DNA of 64,000 bases from contig OZ361256.1 of assembly GCA_977018835.1 (NCBI GenBank), forward strand, positions 3,596,001 to 3,660,000, written 5' to 3'. A program made the translations under genes and the position numbers. How positions within the stretch are numbered: the first letter of the stretch is position 1; each line of letters opens with the position of its first letter. Source of the DNA: Minutocellus sp. GHC0000111 (Eukaryota). The notes under the pieces are model-generated. The model did not search any database. It worked only from the letters and a program-made list of their open reading frames with translations, and was not told the origin of the DNA. Of the stretch, positions 1 to 12,438 are shown in pieces.

Positions 1-3000
1 GATACTTGTCTCAAAATCTTGGAGTGTATTGTAAATTAGAGCATTCTCGCTCAAGCTGTCGGTAATTATGCGGCTCCAAGTTTCCCCCATCATTGACGAC
101 CGCCACGATGTGGCATCATTGAGTCTTCGAACTGCAGCCTTGAATAGGCCCGAAATAGGCATTGGAGCGAAATTTTCATTGTTCTTCTCATTGACGACCA
201 TTGGCCTAGCAATCTGTCCGGTAGAGGCTTCTGACACTTCGTCTACTGCAACGTTTCCCGTCCTAAAGCCTGACCGACTCATTACATCAGCAAGTCGTCC
301 AAGAACACCAGTTCCACTGAAATTTCGATAGGCGTCAACCTTCTTGACCTCACTTTGCATGTGTTCATGAGAATATAAATTCATTTTCAATTTTCTCACA
401 TCTTTAGCGCGCGAAAAAGGCTTCGGAAGCATACCAATATTTGCCAGAAAAAGGGCTGATTCTTCCGAATATAGGGTATGTAGGCCTTTCAGCGCAGGGT
501 GCAAGCCAAAGGATGAACATGGCTGAGCTGTGTTGTTGGATTCGATCGGTAGTAGATCATCCTTATCAATCGCAAGATAGTTCCGAACGGTAGCGTATTC
601 AGCATATAGATCCTTCCCGATTCGATCCTCACATCCTGAGTGAGGAATAAGCATGTTCTGAGAATCAACTGCCCCCTCCAACATAATTACAACCACAGCT
701 TTGTATGGACGACAGGTTGTCGCGACATTGGCAGATTTTCTTTCTTTCTTAATCGACTTTGGAACGGCGCTTGTACCGGTATACTCTGGCGTAGTCACTA
801 TCAGCTGTTGCGCCATGCGAAGGGCGGCTTCCTTGTCCAACTCTCTTCGATACATGTCTATCATAATGTCTCTATTCTCTCTACTGAGACGTCCAGAAGT
901 TAGAAGAGTCGCCAATTCGTCCACGATTTCTTCTGCAGTTGCAGCAGTGGGCTTGTACCGCAGTCGACCTTGAGAGCGGGAATATTCGCCTTCGGAAAGC
1001 CTCGAACACCCTTGGGTTGGCCTATCGCCGAGTCCATAATCACATGATGTAAGGCCAAAGTTGACAAGAGAAAACATTGCATTCATAGACGCCACTACAG
1101 ATGACATGGCCATCAGTTGTGCTTCCGGAGCAACTAGTGAGGCATCGGCAAGTGGTCCGAATGGAGAATAATGCGGCAACATGAATGAAAAGACCGTGGG
1201 AGATTCAAATGCCATCTGACCGATTCTATCCTGCACGCCATGAAGTTTGATAAGCTCGTGACCTGGATTTGCCTCGAACTGCATACTTCTCATAAATCCC
1301 AAGAGAAATAAAATAGGCTCCTTCAGGGCGCCATGCGAAGGATCGGCGTCAAGAACAACCGCCCTGGACTCTCGGTCCAATAGAATTGCAGCCACGGTCG
1401 CACCGATGGACCCAAGCCGACCGTCGCCAAAGGCAATACTCTGTTGATTACTCGAGGAAGTGAACGTGTAGGTACCAGTCTTGAACGCTGTCGCAACTGT
1501 CTCGACAAAACGCGGCGATGGATTGCTTATGCCAAATCGTTGAATTAGACGAGTGGCTATGAATGGAGCCGTGTTTTCATGATGTAAATAGGAATTCAAT
1601 ATTGCATCTGTTTCATACATGGCATCCTTGGGCTGAGGATCAAAAGAAGGCATAAATTTTGGCGGATTACGAAAGGAGAGAGACCCTCTCTCATTTCCAA
1701 CACGAACCGATGATATTGTGTTCTTCAGAGAAAGTTGCCCCTGGACTTCATCTTTCACAAAAAAAAACTGAGGCAGGTCCAACCCCAGGACCAGCGGATA
1801 GAAAATGGTAGGTAACTATGCCATTTCCTTTGTCCTCAATGTAGGTACCATTACCATAGTTCGTAGGATCGATGTGACCAATGAAAAGCTCGCTCAGGGC
1901 CTCTTCTTTCGTTGGCATTCCAGAAAATACTTGCTCTTCTGTAACTTCAATATCACAGAGACATTCATCGTCATTCAGAGGCCTGCAAAAGCTAGAATCT
2001 CCATTTTCGTTGCAGCCACCATCAATCGACGGATAGCGATTGTTGACCCAAAACACTCGAAAGTATTCGGCCGTTTCCAATTTAAGATGTGATGGGTTTC
2101 TATTGCTACTCTCGCCATGCAGGTCTGCAGTGTTGTGAACAAGAGCTACATGACCTGATCTCGATACTTTGATTTGAAGCCTGCAATTATCGTCAGTCCA
2201 TAGGAAGGCATCTTCAACGCAGCACTCATCACAAGAAGACGACGGCACTTTGCTGAAGCTGCAAACTTCTCCTCCTCCCGAAGCGCATCGATTGGAAGCA
2301 CTGTGATGGGTGAGCAGCTCACCGGTAAATGTGCATTCCCATCGAGCGCGATCACTATCAGCAGGACAACAGGCTGACCCAGCTACTGGAACGCGAGGAT
2401 CAGCACAAACGTCGAATTCGCCCTTACGTGAACGAGCAACCTTTCCTTCACCAAAGAAAGTCAATTCAACGCATGGGGGTGGGACATACTCAAAGACTAC
2501 ACCCCCAGCTAGCTCAACCATTCGAGCTGCATCTACAAGACATTCCATCCCTGCACAATCGAGAGCTTCTTCGAGAACCACCTCTCTGGGATATGTGCAT
2601 TCGCTGTTCTCCAATGGATTGCACAGGGCCGTGTGCAAAGACGAACCAGTAGGATCTAGCTTCAGAATCGTGTCAGATGCATCGTCAACGTCAAGCTCAA
2701 GCTCTTTATGATATTGGGGCAAGGTCGAGCCCCCAAGGAGCTGATACTTTGCACCCTTTCTCAAGAACATTTTTGAAGGCAAATCTGAGCACAAAGGATA
2801 CCAATCTCCGATGAACCCGCTCGATAAATCAGTCTTTGGGCGTGAATCTCGCCATTGTGGAACAATCACCATAGGATCGATCTTATTCACATATGTACCA
2901 GACTTGTAGTCTGTTTATTACATATAAACAAAAAGGAATAGATATTAGGATGAAATTGTATTCAAGCACAATAGCGTTCTGTAAGCCAAAAATACTGGCC

Positions 3001-5840
3001 GTAGATAAACACGCACCTTCTGTATTGGATCTCTTGCGTCGGCGGCGAAATCCAGTCCAACCACGAGCATATGATACAATATCGTCTTGAGAATAGACTG
3101 GTATTGCCTCACCATCTACATCCTGCTTTGGAGTTCCATCCAAATTTAGCTGGACCAACCCCGTCGTAAAGAGTTGAAGCACCTCCCGCGCCATGTTCTC
3201 ATCTGCAAAGACTCTCCTTTTTTCTTCTTCCCAAACGAATGCCGAGGATTTGGATTCCAAGTACGTCAGCATCTCTCCCATTAGAGGACTAACTACTACC
3301 TCCTTCAAGATTTCAGAGTAAGATCCAAATGCATTGCGAACGAAAATATCATAAAAGCTGAGGAATGTCTCAGTATTTCTCTTGGCTTCAATGTCAAACG
3401 TCGTCACTACAAGGATCTGGCTCAAAGCCCACGCAACCCGCTGCCTCAGTTGATCCCGCGCATTCAATACAACCGTGGTCCAGGTTGTCTTGCGTTGCTG
3501 CACATAGTGGCTATCTGTGTACAGGTCCAGCTCCCGATCAAAGCTCACATCAATGCCTTCCATTACTCTTGATAATTCATTCGATACCTCTCCATGACTT
3601 CCGCAAATTAGCTTTGGGGTCGCTTTATCAGCTTCAGAGACCGCGCCGAAGCCTTCGGCAACTGCTCTTATGCGGAGACCATCTGTTAAATCTCGAAAAT
3701 TAATGGTATCTCCAAAGCGACCAACTTGTAGGAAGTCCGGCTTGAATGTCGACCATCGATCCATGGTGTGATGAGAAGGAAAATAGAGAATAGAAGAAGA
3801 GGCATCATCAAGGAAAGCATTGATAGGGTTGGGAAGATTTGCAAGCTTCCTAATTGCATTCCCTGGATGAGCCTTCTCGCCAGACCAGTAAGTGAAATCA
3901 TAAACGTTGAAATGATCTGGATGGACATGCCGGAAGCAGGTGCCGTCTACAAAAAGCTCCATGCCGATAGCGCCCATATCGCTGAGATCGCAGCTTGTTT
4001 CTGAGTCTTCTGGAAAGTGAACGTCCCTCAAAAAGGAATTCTCATCCCTGCTTTTAGAAAGAAGGTCCTTCAATACCGAGACTGTAGCAGACGCAAGGAC
4101 TACATCGCCACCGCACAGAAATTGCGACTTGTTGGTTGTCATCCATCGCGACCGAGAACCCTCAACACAAGGGCTGAGGACGTCACCAACTTCCACTCGT
4201 AGGCCATCGACCACATAGATATATCGGCCTGATAATTTAGACAGTCGGACCACCGTCTCGTGATCCAGGGTGAGCTGAATGCTCGGGGTATTAGAATCGT
4301 CAGCAGTGCAAGTCATTGGTTCATCGCTAAGTTGACAATCCTCAGCGTTTAGAAAAGAGTGAGGGGCATTGGAGCACATCATCAAGCCTCCAGTTGCTTG
4401 CGAAACCTCACCGCCTCCGTCAGAAAGCGGCGAATCAGGCGAGTTTTCCGAGAGCAAAAGATGTGGATCATGAAGAAGGAATGTCTCCGCTTCATCAGGA
4501 TTGGCGCTCGGTACTCGCCCGAACACGGGGGCTGCACTACCCGAGATAGGAATTCCATCACATTTACCGATTTGTTCCTGAATGCCGCGCGCAAAGATCC
4601 AACCGGCACGTTCGTCATCTCTTGTCAGGCCACTGTTTGTGCCGCCAAAGCTCGGCAGATCCAAGACAACAATATCCGGGGTTGTAGTAATCACATTATC
4701 ATCCAGCATCACGCGCATGTTCCCTCCATGAACCTCGCGACATGATCCGTCTGGCTGCCGAAAAAGGAGCGCCCCTCCGACGCGAGCTTGTGATATTTGA
4801 CACACTTCATAGCCGTGTGAAATATCAATGCTATGGCTGGCCTCCGAGAAACGAAAATTTGGAGCTATGGTGCGCAATTGACCCTCAACATACAATACGT
4901 AGGGTGCATTCAAACCTTTGGCAGACGCAACCAGAGGTCTCATCGTCACGGTGCGGCCAACGTCCCACTCCGTGAAGGCCACCTCGCGCCATCGACTGTT
5001 CGATTCGCAGGGATGAGTTGGACGACCAATAGGTGCCGCCAGATCGAATCGTTGCCGTATTCTTCTTCGCCAGAATTCTCGATGGGACGTAAGTGGGACG
5101 GTGGTGTACATTTGTTCTTGTGTCCAAGTGGCAAAGGCGTAATCTCCAGCTGAATAATCCCAACTATCGATCTCTGCTATCGTGGGCCCGAAGGTAGTCT
5201 GCTGCAAAAATCGAGCCACTGCGTTGCGCTGGCTCAGTGTGTGATTGTAGGTTAGCAAAACAAACTCCTGGTTGGATCCCAAAGGAGGTAGTGTTATCTG
5301 ACACAGCATTCGACTGTTGTCATCGTCATCAACATCGCCATCGGCACAATCGTACTGGACCGAGCTCCGGTACGGTCCCGCCACTCGCTCCCAAGGCAAG
5401 TTGTGATAAGACCGACCTACTGGGGCCAGATTATTTCTCCCGACCTGGTCTTGACGTGTGAAGTCATCCTCATCGTCGTTCGAAGGAGCAAATGTGACCC
5501 TCACCAGAGTACAGAGAGAATCGGGCGTGGATCGTGCGAGTTTGACGGTGGAATTGTCCCTCACAAGCACCGGTGGCGACTCGTAGGTTGGAGGACAGCT
5601 GTAGTACGGAGGGGGCTCCGCCGTCCTGGATAGGGCATTTCTTTGAATTTGCTCTGAGTTAATTACCGCCGCTTGGTTCTTTCCCGCGAAAGAAGGCGGT
5701 ACCCGTCTACTATTCTGCTGCAATCGACCCTCATTCTTTGCAGTTCGCATCCGCCGCCGGCCCGCCACCGCCACCGTCGCCTCTGGGCTCAACAGTAGCA
5801 CAGCGACGAATAGGCGCCAACAGCGTGGGTATCTTCTCAT
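1..5840 (-). CDS. Large secreted DUF1800-DUF1501 fusion protein (>1,900 aa), incomplete at the window edge
   Basis: Signal-peptide-like start MRRYPRCWRLFVAVLLL (ATG 5840). DUF1800 motifs: ARFLQQTTFGPT, DQLRQRVAWALSQILV, DENMAREVLQLFTTGL, HENTAPFIATRLIQRF. GT-AG intron 2911-3016 joins TE-DYKSG. One extra base in the A9 run at 1759-1767. Manual translation then stays open to base 1 with DUF1501 motifs (YKAVVVIMLEGAVDSQNMLIP, FGLHPAL, ANIG, GVLGRLAD). Confidence 0.8.
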
Positions 5841-6563
5841 TATTGGAAGCCGGTAGAGCAAATGAGCGAGACGAGTAGTAGTAGTAGATGCGGTAGAAGG
5901 TTGCACGGCCGCTCTCGGCTATCGGTGTTTGAGTCGGCGAGGTTTGAGTCGGCGAGGATGATTGACTGATTCTTCGATGATTCTACCGTACCTAGGTACC
6001 TAGGTACCTAGCCTAGGTACCTACTACCTGAGCTAGAATGCCAAAAGGTACCCGGAAATGGCTGATTTTCGGCTGATCGCGTTTTGAACGCAACGAAACC
6101 GGCAATCGACGTATCTCGACTGGCCGATCATGCCGATGTATCGCAAGCCATACTTTGCATTCTCGCTTTTCAATCTTGGAATCGGGATTTGTTTGGACAG
6201 ATGGATGTTGACAGGGGTTTGGTTCCTCCGAGTAGTGCCTGCTCCACTTTTTGAGCCATGGGCAAGCAACGCACGGGCAGGAAGGCGTACTCTTCTATTG
6301 AGGGCGTCGGGAGAAGATGATATTGAGTTGGACGAGGATGGCAAGGACCCGGTCCTGAAGTTTTGGGCGTTCAAGACGGAGGCGACCAAGGCTTGGCAGG
6401 AGGGGAGGGGAGGGCCGGCGTAGATCTACTTAGTAAAAATACATAAGTAGATCTACTTATATTTTTTAGATCTAGACTTATGCATTGTACATATACAATA
6501 TATTTGTAGCAAAGAATGCCGCTAGTACATACATACATAATTTGTTATTATTTTTTTTTGGAT

Positions 6564-7541
6564 CTATGCGTCTGCCGATAGACCGTCTTCGTAAAGGGAG
6601 AGGCATATTTCAAAATAGGACAGTTGGCCGCCTGGAGTAAACTTTTCCTCACCACCATATTTATCCTTTGCATGTGCCCTGCCTACTTTTTTAATATTGT
6701 CAAGACTGTCTTTGCCACCGGGGATACGAAGATCATTTTTGGCCACATAGTACTGCAGAAGCCGAGAATTGAAAGTAGAGTCCTTCGAAAACTTGCTTTT
6801 GTCCCAGCGTCTCATAGGAGAGTACACCTGCTCAGTTTCCTCACAGACAACCTTTTCCTCAAAATACTCAACATATTTTGCTCTGTTGCTTCCGCCACCC
6901 TCTTTTCTAATTTTTGGAACATATCCATTGGGCTGCCACAGAGCTGCCGGTGGTTCCTGCTCATGCAGAGGCGGCGGTTCCGGATCCTCCGCCACTGGCG
7001 CTGCAGTACCGGTAGTAGCGGCCGCGGCCGCAGGAAGGTCCCCCGCCGGAGGGAAAGATGCAGAGGGGTCATTGTAGCACAGCCCCTCAGTGAATTCATG
7101 GTAGTTCTTTTGGCGAAGCTCCTCAGCTTGCGCTGCGGTCTTGGCGTAGATGAGCCGGACCGGATTGCTCGGGTCAAAGAATGCGAACCAGCCCAGTACT
7201 GGGCCCTCGTTGGTGCCACCACCTGAATCGGACGGATCACGGAGGAGGTGTTTCGGGATGCGCTTCAGCGCATCCTCCCGATAGTCTTCCATCTTGGACG
7301 TTCCGTGCCGGTCGCGAAGGTTGTTGACGTCCTTTACCATTGCATCGAAGTCGAAGGTATTATTTTTCTTCTTCTTGCTCCCGCTCAAAGAGAACTCGAC
7401 GTCCGGGACGGCTCGCTCGAGACACTTTACGACGGCGTCCGTGTCACGAAGGATGTTGGCGCGAATGGGACGGGCGTGCTGACGCACGTTGCGGTTGTCG
7501 CCGCGACCAACAGGCGCGGATCGTCGAGGAGAAGAGGACAT
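6564..7541 (-). CDS. Hypothetical protein, 325 aa, two globular-looking halves joined by an Ala/Pro linker
   Basis: Long ATG-initiated ORF with natural composition and an AT-rich 3' flank; no family recognised. Confidence 0.55.
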   Translation of the reverse strand: MSSSPRRSAPVGRGDNRNVRQHARPIRANILRDTDAVVKCLERAVPDVEFSLSGSKKKKNNTFDFDAMVKDVNNLRDRHGTSKMEDYREDALKRIPKHLLRDPSDSGGGTNEGPVLGWFAFFDPSNPVRLIYAKTAAQAEELRQKNYHEFTEGLCYNDPSASFPPAGDLPAAAAATTGTAAPVAEDPEPPPLHEQEPPAALWQPNGYVPKIRKEGGGSNRAKYVEYFEEKVVCEETEQVYSPMRRWDKSKFSKDSTFNSRLLQYYVAKNDLRIPGGKDSLDNIKKVGRAHAKDKYGGEEKFTPGGQLSYFEICLSLYEDGLSADA

Positions 7542-7613
7542 CGGGTGCCTACAAGTAGCGACTATTGTGTTGTGCTCTTTTTGCTTTTTATGGAGTACGC
7601 GTGCGGGTTGCAG

Positions 7614-8277
7614 ACTGGATTGGAAGAGGACCAGGATACAAACACTCTACGCAGCAATGCTATGGGGACCCGCTGGTCATTACTGGTACGAATGGTTGGA
7701 CGGGACAGCACAATCGATGGCACCCTTAGGGACGGCACGGTTCGTCGGTATCAAGCTCTTGTTGGAAATAATACTGCTTCATCCCGTCGCCCTCACAGCA
7801 TTCTTTGTATGCGTTGGGTTGATGGGGAGCGAAAAATTCAGAGACATCATCGAGCAGCTCCGGTCCGACTTTTGGCCCTCGCTCATTTTGGAATACATGC
7901 TGTGGATACCCTGCGACATTGCGATGTTCGCGCTCGTTCCGGCGCGCCATCAGCTTTTGGTGGTCAACACAATATGCCTGATTGAGTCGGTAATGTTATC
8001 CAACATCAAATCGAATGGCATATCCCTGCCGGGTCATGGTGGCGGTGATTCCGGCGAGGGCAAAAAGAAGGACGAATATCGGCAAGTGGATGTTGCGGAA
8101 GATGGCGAAACACCGAGACAATCGCAAAATGTGTTTGTAGACCAGGATATCACCAGCAAGCCGAAACCGAGATTGCTACCGTCCATCCAGCAACGCATGC
8201 GAGGATGGAGACGAAGGAAGTCCTCTCATCTACAAGAAATGTCACCTCGTGAGGCCCGCCCCTTACATGTGGCCTGA
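7614..8277 (+). CDS. Mpv17/PMP22 family membrane protein, 5' exon not found
   Basis: LDWKRT...WGPAGHYWYEWLD, KLLLE..LLHPV, FWPSL....MLWIP...F.LVP..HQLLVVN. Begins after a plausible acceptor (ttgcag at ~7613); the first TM helix is missing. Confidence 0.7.
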
Positions 8278-8402
8278 TTATTAACGCAATATTTATTGTA
8301 CATGCATTCGTGCACATACCCATGACTTGTAAAATTAGCACCCATATTCATTTTCTCATGATACAATTGTACTTGAAAGTTTATTAATTAAGATGCCGGC
8401 TG

Positions 8403-10118
8403 TCATGTTGCCGCTGCTGCGGCAGTGAAGAAAGCTGCAGCGAAATCCCTTGCAGCGTCCAACATTTCGTCGGTGTAAATTTGTTGCTGAGCTGCCGACT
8501 TGCTGGATTTCGGTTCCATTTTCTTATCATTCCCTTGAGATCTTGTTGTTGCACGTGCCTTTGGTGCGTCATTATCGTTGCCTTCCTTCTCTACATTGCC
8601 CTCCTCCTCCTTTTCCTCCCGCAACAAATTAGATTGCTTCATGATCGCATCTCTTGCTGCCATGAGTTTCTCATCCAGACAATAGTCACAATTCCACTCA
8701 CCCTCAGGAACGCCCTTGATTGCCGGTTTTAGACACTCAAAGTGATATGCCAATTCACACCCATCGCATACGACAAGATGACCACCCTCTCTGCAAACTC
8801 TGCAAATATCATTATCTGGCACTTCATCCTCTTGCTTTTCCTTCTCCATCTGACACACAACCTTGAGGAGACGATAATCGTTGGAATGTTTGTATGTGCC
8901 AAGATAGTATGTCATTACGTTGCACATACTTTTGTTCATCTTCTTGGCGACGGCCTTTAAATCTTTTCGATGCTCGAAGATTGCTTCGTGAAATAGTGCC
9001 TTTTCCTCGTCCGTCCAATCCGAGCCGTCCAAAGGCTTCGCTACCTGTTCACATATCTCTCTATCGATTCCATCCGCCTTGTAGCCCCGTTGGTGCAGAG
9101 TGACCATAGCAGCCTCCTTCAATGGGGTGGGGATGTTCGTCGCGTTCTGAACAAAGTCCAACACCCCCGCCTCGGTGGCCTTTGCAGGGTCAAAGACCTG
9201 GTCGAAGCAGTGAACATCACTGTCGTCTTTCGAGTTGCCTTCGGTCCCAGCAGAAGGCAAAGAACTTGCCTGATAGTCATCGCCGACTCGGCTGGTGAGC
9301 TTAGGAAAGTGTCGCCGCTCATTGAATTTCCACGACAAGGACACGTGGTGTATTTCATCATCCGTCATCTTGGACCCAGACTCATCCTCGTCGTCATCGT
9401 CATCATCTGCACCACCTTCAGATCCATCACTTTCCCGGGAGGATGAACGGCGTGACCGCCGCGATGAAAGTCTCTCTACCGACTGGCGCTGTTTCTGGGT
9501 CTTGGCAACAATATCCCCGACTTCATCCAGGTAGGCATCGGCGGCCCGACTCTCCAGCTCGTTACGTCGCTCCAACACCCGGTCGATTACTTGTTTGATG
9601 ACGCTGGTATACTCCTTGTTGCGAACCCAGCCACCAGCAAGCTTGACTCCAGGAGGCATGTAGTAGGTCGCCTCCATGTTATCATTCGTTTCGCTGGTGC
9701 AAGTGATGGTGGTCCAGCCCCCCTCTTCGAGGATGGGCCACATCCGTTTCTCAAAGGCGTGCAAGACACGCTTCTTGGCCTGTTTGTATCCCAACCCGGC
9801 CGTCGCCAGGGCCCACTGGGCCTTCTTTTTGCGCTCGGCCTCCTCTTCCTCGTCGGAATCAGCGTCGTCCTTTTCACCAGCTTTGCCGTCAGCCTCATTA
9901 GCATCAGCACCGTCCTTGTCATCGGTATCGCCGTTAGTTTCAGGTTTGCCCTCGTTCCCCCCATCCACGTCCATCGGCGTAGCGCCGGTGCCCTCATCTT
10001 TCCCGGCGGCGGTTTCACCCGGTGTTCCCTGGACCGGCGTCGGCGCCGATACCTCCGCCTCTACATCCATATCCGTTGCGCCACTCTCTTTGGGCTGAAC
10101 CGTTTGAGCAGGTTCCAT
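8403..10118 (-). CDS. Chromatin regulator with ELM2, SANT/Myb and PHD finger domains
   Basis: SRVGDDYQA (ELM2), DWTDEEKALFHEAIFEHRKD (SANT), CRVC...CDGC...HFEC...WNCDYC (C4HC3 PHD). Confidence 0.85.
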   Translation of the reverse strand: MEPAQTVQPKESGATDMDVEAEVSAPTPVQGTPGETAAGKDEGTGATPMDVDGGNEGKPETNGDTDDKDGADANEADGKAGEKDDADSDEEEEAERKKKAQWALATAGLGYKQAKKRVLHAFEKRMWPILEEGGWTTITCTSETNDNMEATYYMPPGVKLAGGWVRNKEYTSVIKQVIDRVLERRNELESRAADAYLDEVGDIVAKTQKQRQSVERLSSRRSRRSSSRESDGSEGGADDDDDDEDESGSKMTDDEIHHVSLSWKFNERRHFPKLTSRVGDDYQASSLPSAGTEGNSKDDSDVHCFDQVFDPAKATEAGVLDFVQNATNIPTPLKEAAMVTLHQRGYKADGIDREICEQVAKPLDGSDWTDEEKALFHEAIFEHRKDLKAVAKKMNKSMCNVMTYYLGTYKHSNDYRLLKVVCQMEKEKQEDEVPDNDICRVCREGGHLVVCDGCELAYHFECLKPAIKGVPEGEWNCDYCLDEKLMAARDAIMKQSNLLREEKEEEGNVEKEGNDNDAPKARATTRSQGNDKKMEPKSSKSAAQQQIYTDEMLDAARDFAAAFFTAAAAAT

Positions 10119-10474
10119 GGCCTCTTCTCTTGCCTATGGCCTTCAGGAAGATACCGCACAAGATGTGTTCGTTTCTATTCTGTCTCGTGCTGGTCTGTCC
10201 TTCGTCAGTGAGCGGAAGCTTTTGTGCTTGTTTTGCAGTTTTGCTCGGCAGCTCGCTCGCGCAAAAAAGCAAGCAAGCAAGTTCAATTGCGGAGTTCGAC
10301 CCCTCCAAACAACTAACCGGTACCATAGGCCTAGGTACGTACCGCGCCGTCATTTGAATGTAGGGGGACGACCATTTTCTTTCCCCCGTAATGAAACCGA
10401 GTTGAAGCCGATCACCAGCTTTCAGCTCGATCACCGCATAAATGATTTGAATTGAAAGTTGGCAAAGCACCGCC

Positions 10475-11565
10475 ATGCAGAACGAAGAGGGCACCTCCAG
10501 CAATACGGCGCGAAGCCCGCGCTTCACGCACTGGATTGCTCTTTTCGTTTTTTCCACCATAGTTCTAGGCAGCAGTGTGACATCTGTAAGTAATGTGCAA
10601 ATTGCAATGAAGCCTTGTGCCGCCATCGGAAGAAACACAACAGTTTGTGTGATTGGCTACTCGTGTGCGGAATACGCTTCCTCATTTTTTTCTTGCGCGT
10701 CCATCTCCTCTCAATTCGACAGGCCAAGCATAGTGATCAGAATGACCCAAAGACGGTCGAAAATGGAAAGTGGGCGATCGCCTGCTCGGCCATCACCTTT
10801 TCGGTGTGCGCAATTGTCATCCTCATGCAGCTCAATGCCGTGGCATCGCTCTTTGTCGTTGGGACAAAGATCGAGGGATTCCTCTGTCTGATGCTGGCTG
10901 CCTTTTGGGCCGGCACTGTGGCGGTAGTTGCCGACAGTCGTCACGGCCTAGCCGTCAATGAGGAGGGTGCCGTATCGAACGGAAATCTATACTACTTTAG
11001 CTGGGCCGGCTTCGTATCATCGGTGATGCTACTGACGTCATACCTGCGGAGCGCATTCCAAATCGATGTAGCTGGAGAAATCCGTTCGCGTTCGGCCCGT
11101 TTGACGACGTGGTCGGGTCACCTTGCCTGCTGCCTCATTGTGATGGGGGCTTCGGCCAATATATTCCAGAACGATTGTGTCGAAGCGTATGTTGGATATG
11201 CCTTCTGTCGACGAACCAAACTTGGTATTGCGCTGGGAGCCATTGGTACTTTCATGGCCTTGGTGGTAGTTGCTTTGAAAATAGCGACGGCAAAAGCGCC
11301 TTTCCTTGTTGAAGCTTCTTTCTCCCTTATTCTTGTTCTTTGCTGGGCATTCGGAGTTGCTTACATCACCTCCGATCAAGGACCTGGATCACCTCTTGGC
11401 AACTTGTACTACTTTTCGTGGGGCGCCTTCTTGTCGGCGTTCATGCTTTGCGCTTCATGCTTTGAGGATTATCAAGCTGCCAAAGGCCTCGGTTCAGCCG
11501 ATGGAGCATCGGGCGACTCGAACATTGCGCCGCCCCAGATTGAAGACCTCGATGATCAAATTTAA
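10475..11565 (+). CDS. Multi-pass membrane protein with two internal repeats (MARVEL-like)
   Basis: Exons 10475-10585 and 10723-11565 (gtaagt...cgacag, in frame). About 8 TM segments; GNLYYFSW occurs twice. Confidence 0.7.
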
Positions 11566-11756
11566 TATGTGTTACATGTTCCACTTTTACTCGTAATCAA
11601 TTGAAGGGGATTCCATGAGAAGATAGAAGATATACAAAAGGCTTAAAGATAATAGTTGAGTTACGATTGTTCCTTAAATATTCGCCAATGCAGTCTTATC
11701 GCATTGCCTTGTACTGCGTAGCATGCCAACTGATCCCGCTCTCTCAAATAAATAAA

Positions 11757-12438
11757 TTAATGAGCCTCCTTCTCGCAGTGCTCCTTGTACGAGTCGGCAT
11801 CCATCAAGTCATCGAGCTCACTGTCATCCTCCATCTCAATCTTGACGAACCAGGCATCACTCTCGGCGTGCGAGTTGACCATGCCGGGCTCATCGCTCAG
11901 AACCTCATTGATCTCCGTGATGGTACCAGAAACGGGAGCGTAAACATCCGAAGCGGCCTTGACAGATTCGACCGAGCCGAAGGAGTCACCTTTCTCGAAC
12001 TCATCTCCAACCTCGGGAAGGTCCACGAAGACGATGTCACCGAGGGCAGCCTGGGCAAAGTCGGTGATGCCAACGGTGGCAATCTTGCCATCGACCTTGC
12101 CATATTCGTGCGCTGGAATTGGTAATGATAAGAGAGGTGCAAGCAAAGTGAGCTCCCGATGCCATGCAACGCTGATCCGAACCTGAGGGGGAAAAAGGGC
12201 ATGGAACCACATCCCCCCCAATCAGACCATCCAATTAAACACAATAAATCAAAGGGAAATGCTATTGTCGACAAAAACACGCAACCATCAGAGAAGCAGC
12301 ACATGGCTACTCACCTGGGGTGAAATAAGTGCTCATCATCCGGGGAGCCTGTCGGCACACGGTGGCGGCGGCGGTCCTGCGACCGGCTGCCTGAACGGCA
12401 GGGCGAAGGGCCGAACGGAACATGACAGCAGCACTCAT
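11757..12438 (-). CDS. GCSH: Glycine cleavage system H protein, mitochondrial
   Basis: Exons 12438-12315 and 12112-11757. Arg/Ala-rich presequence; GITDFAQAALGDIVFV; lipoyl-Lys motif VESVKAASDVY. Confidence 0.95.

Noticed and set aside
6130..6423. 97-aa ORF as the missing Mpv17 exon 1
   Set aside because: Lacks the GDxxAQ-type motif and an obvious compatible splice donor.
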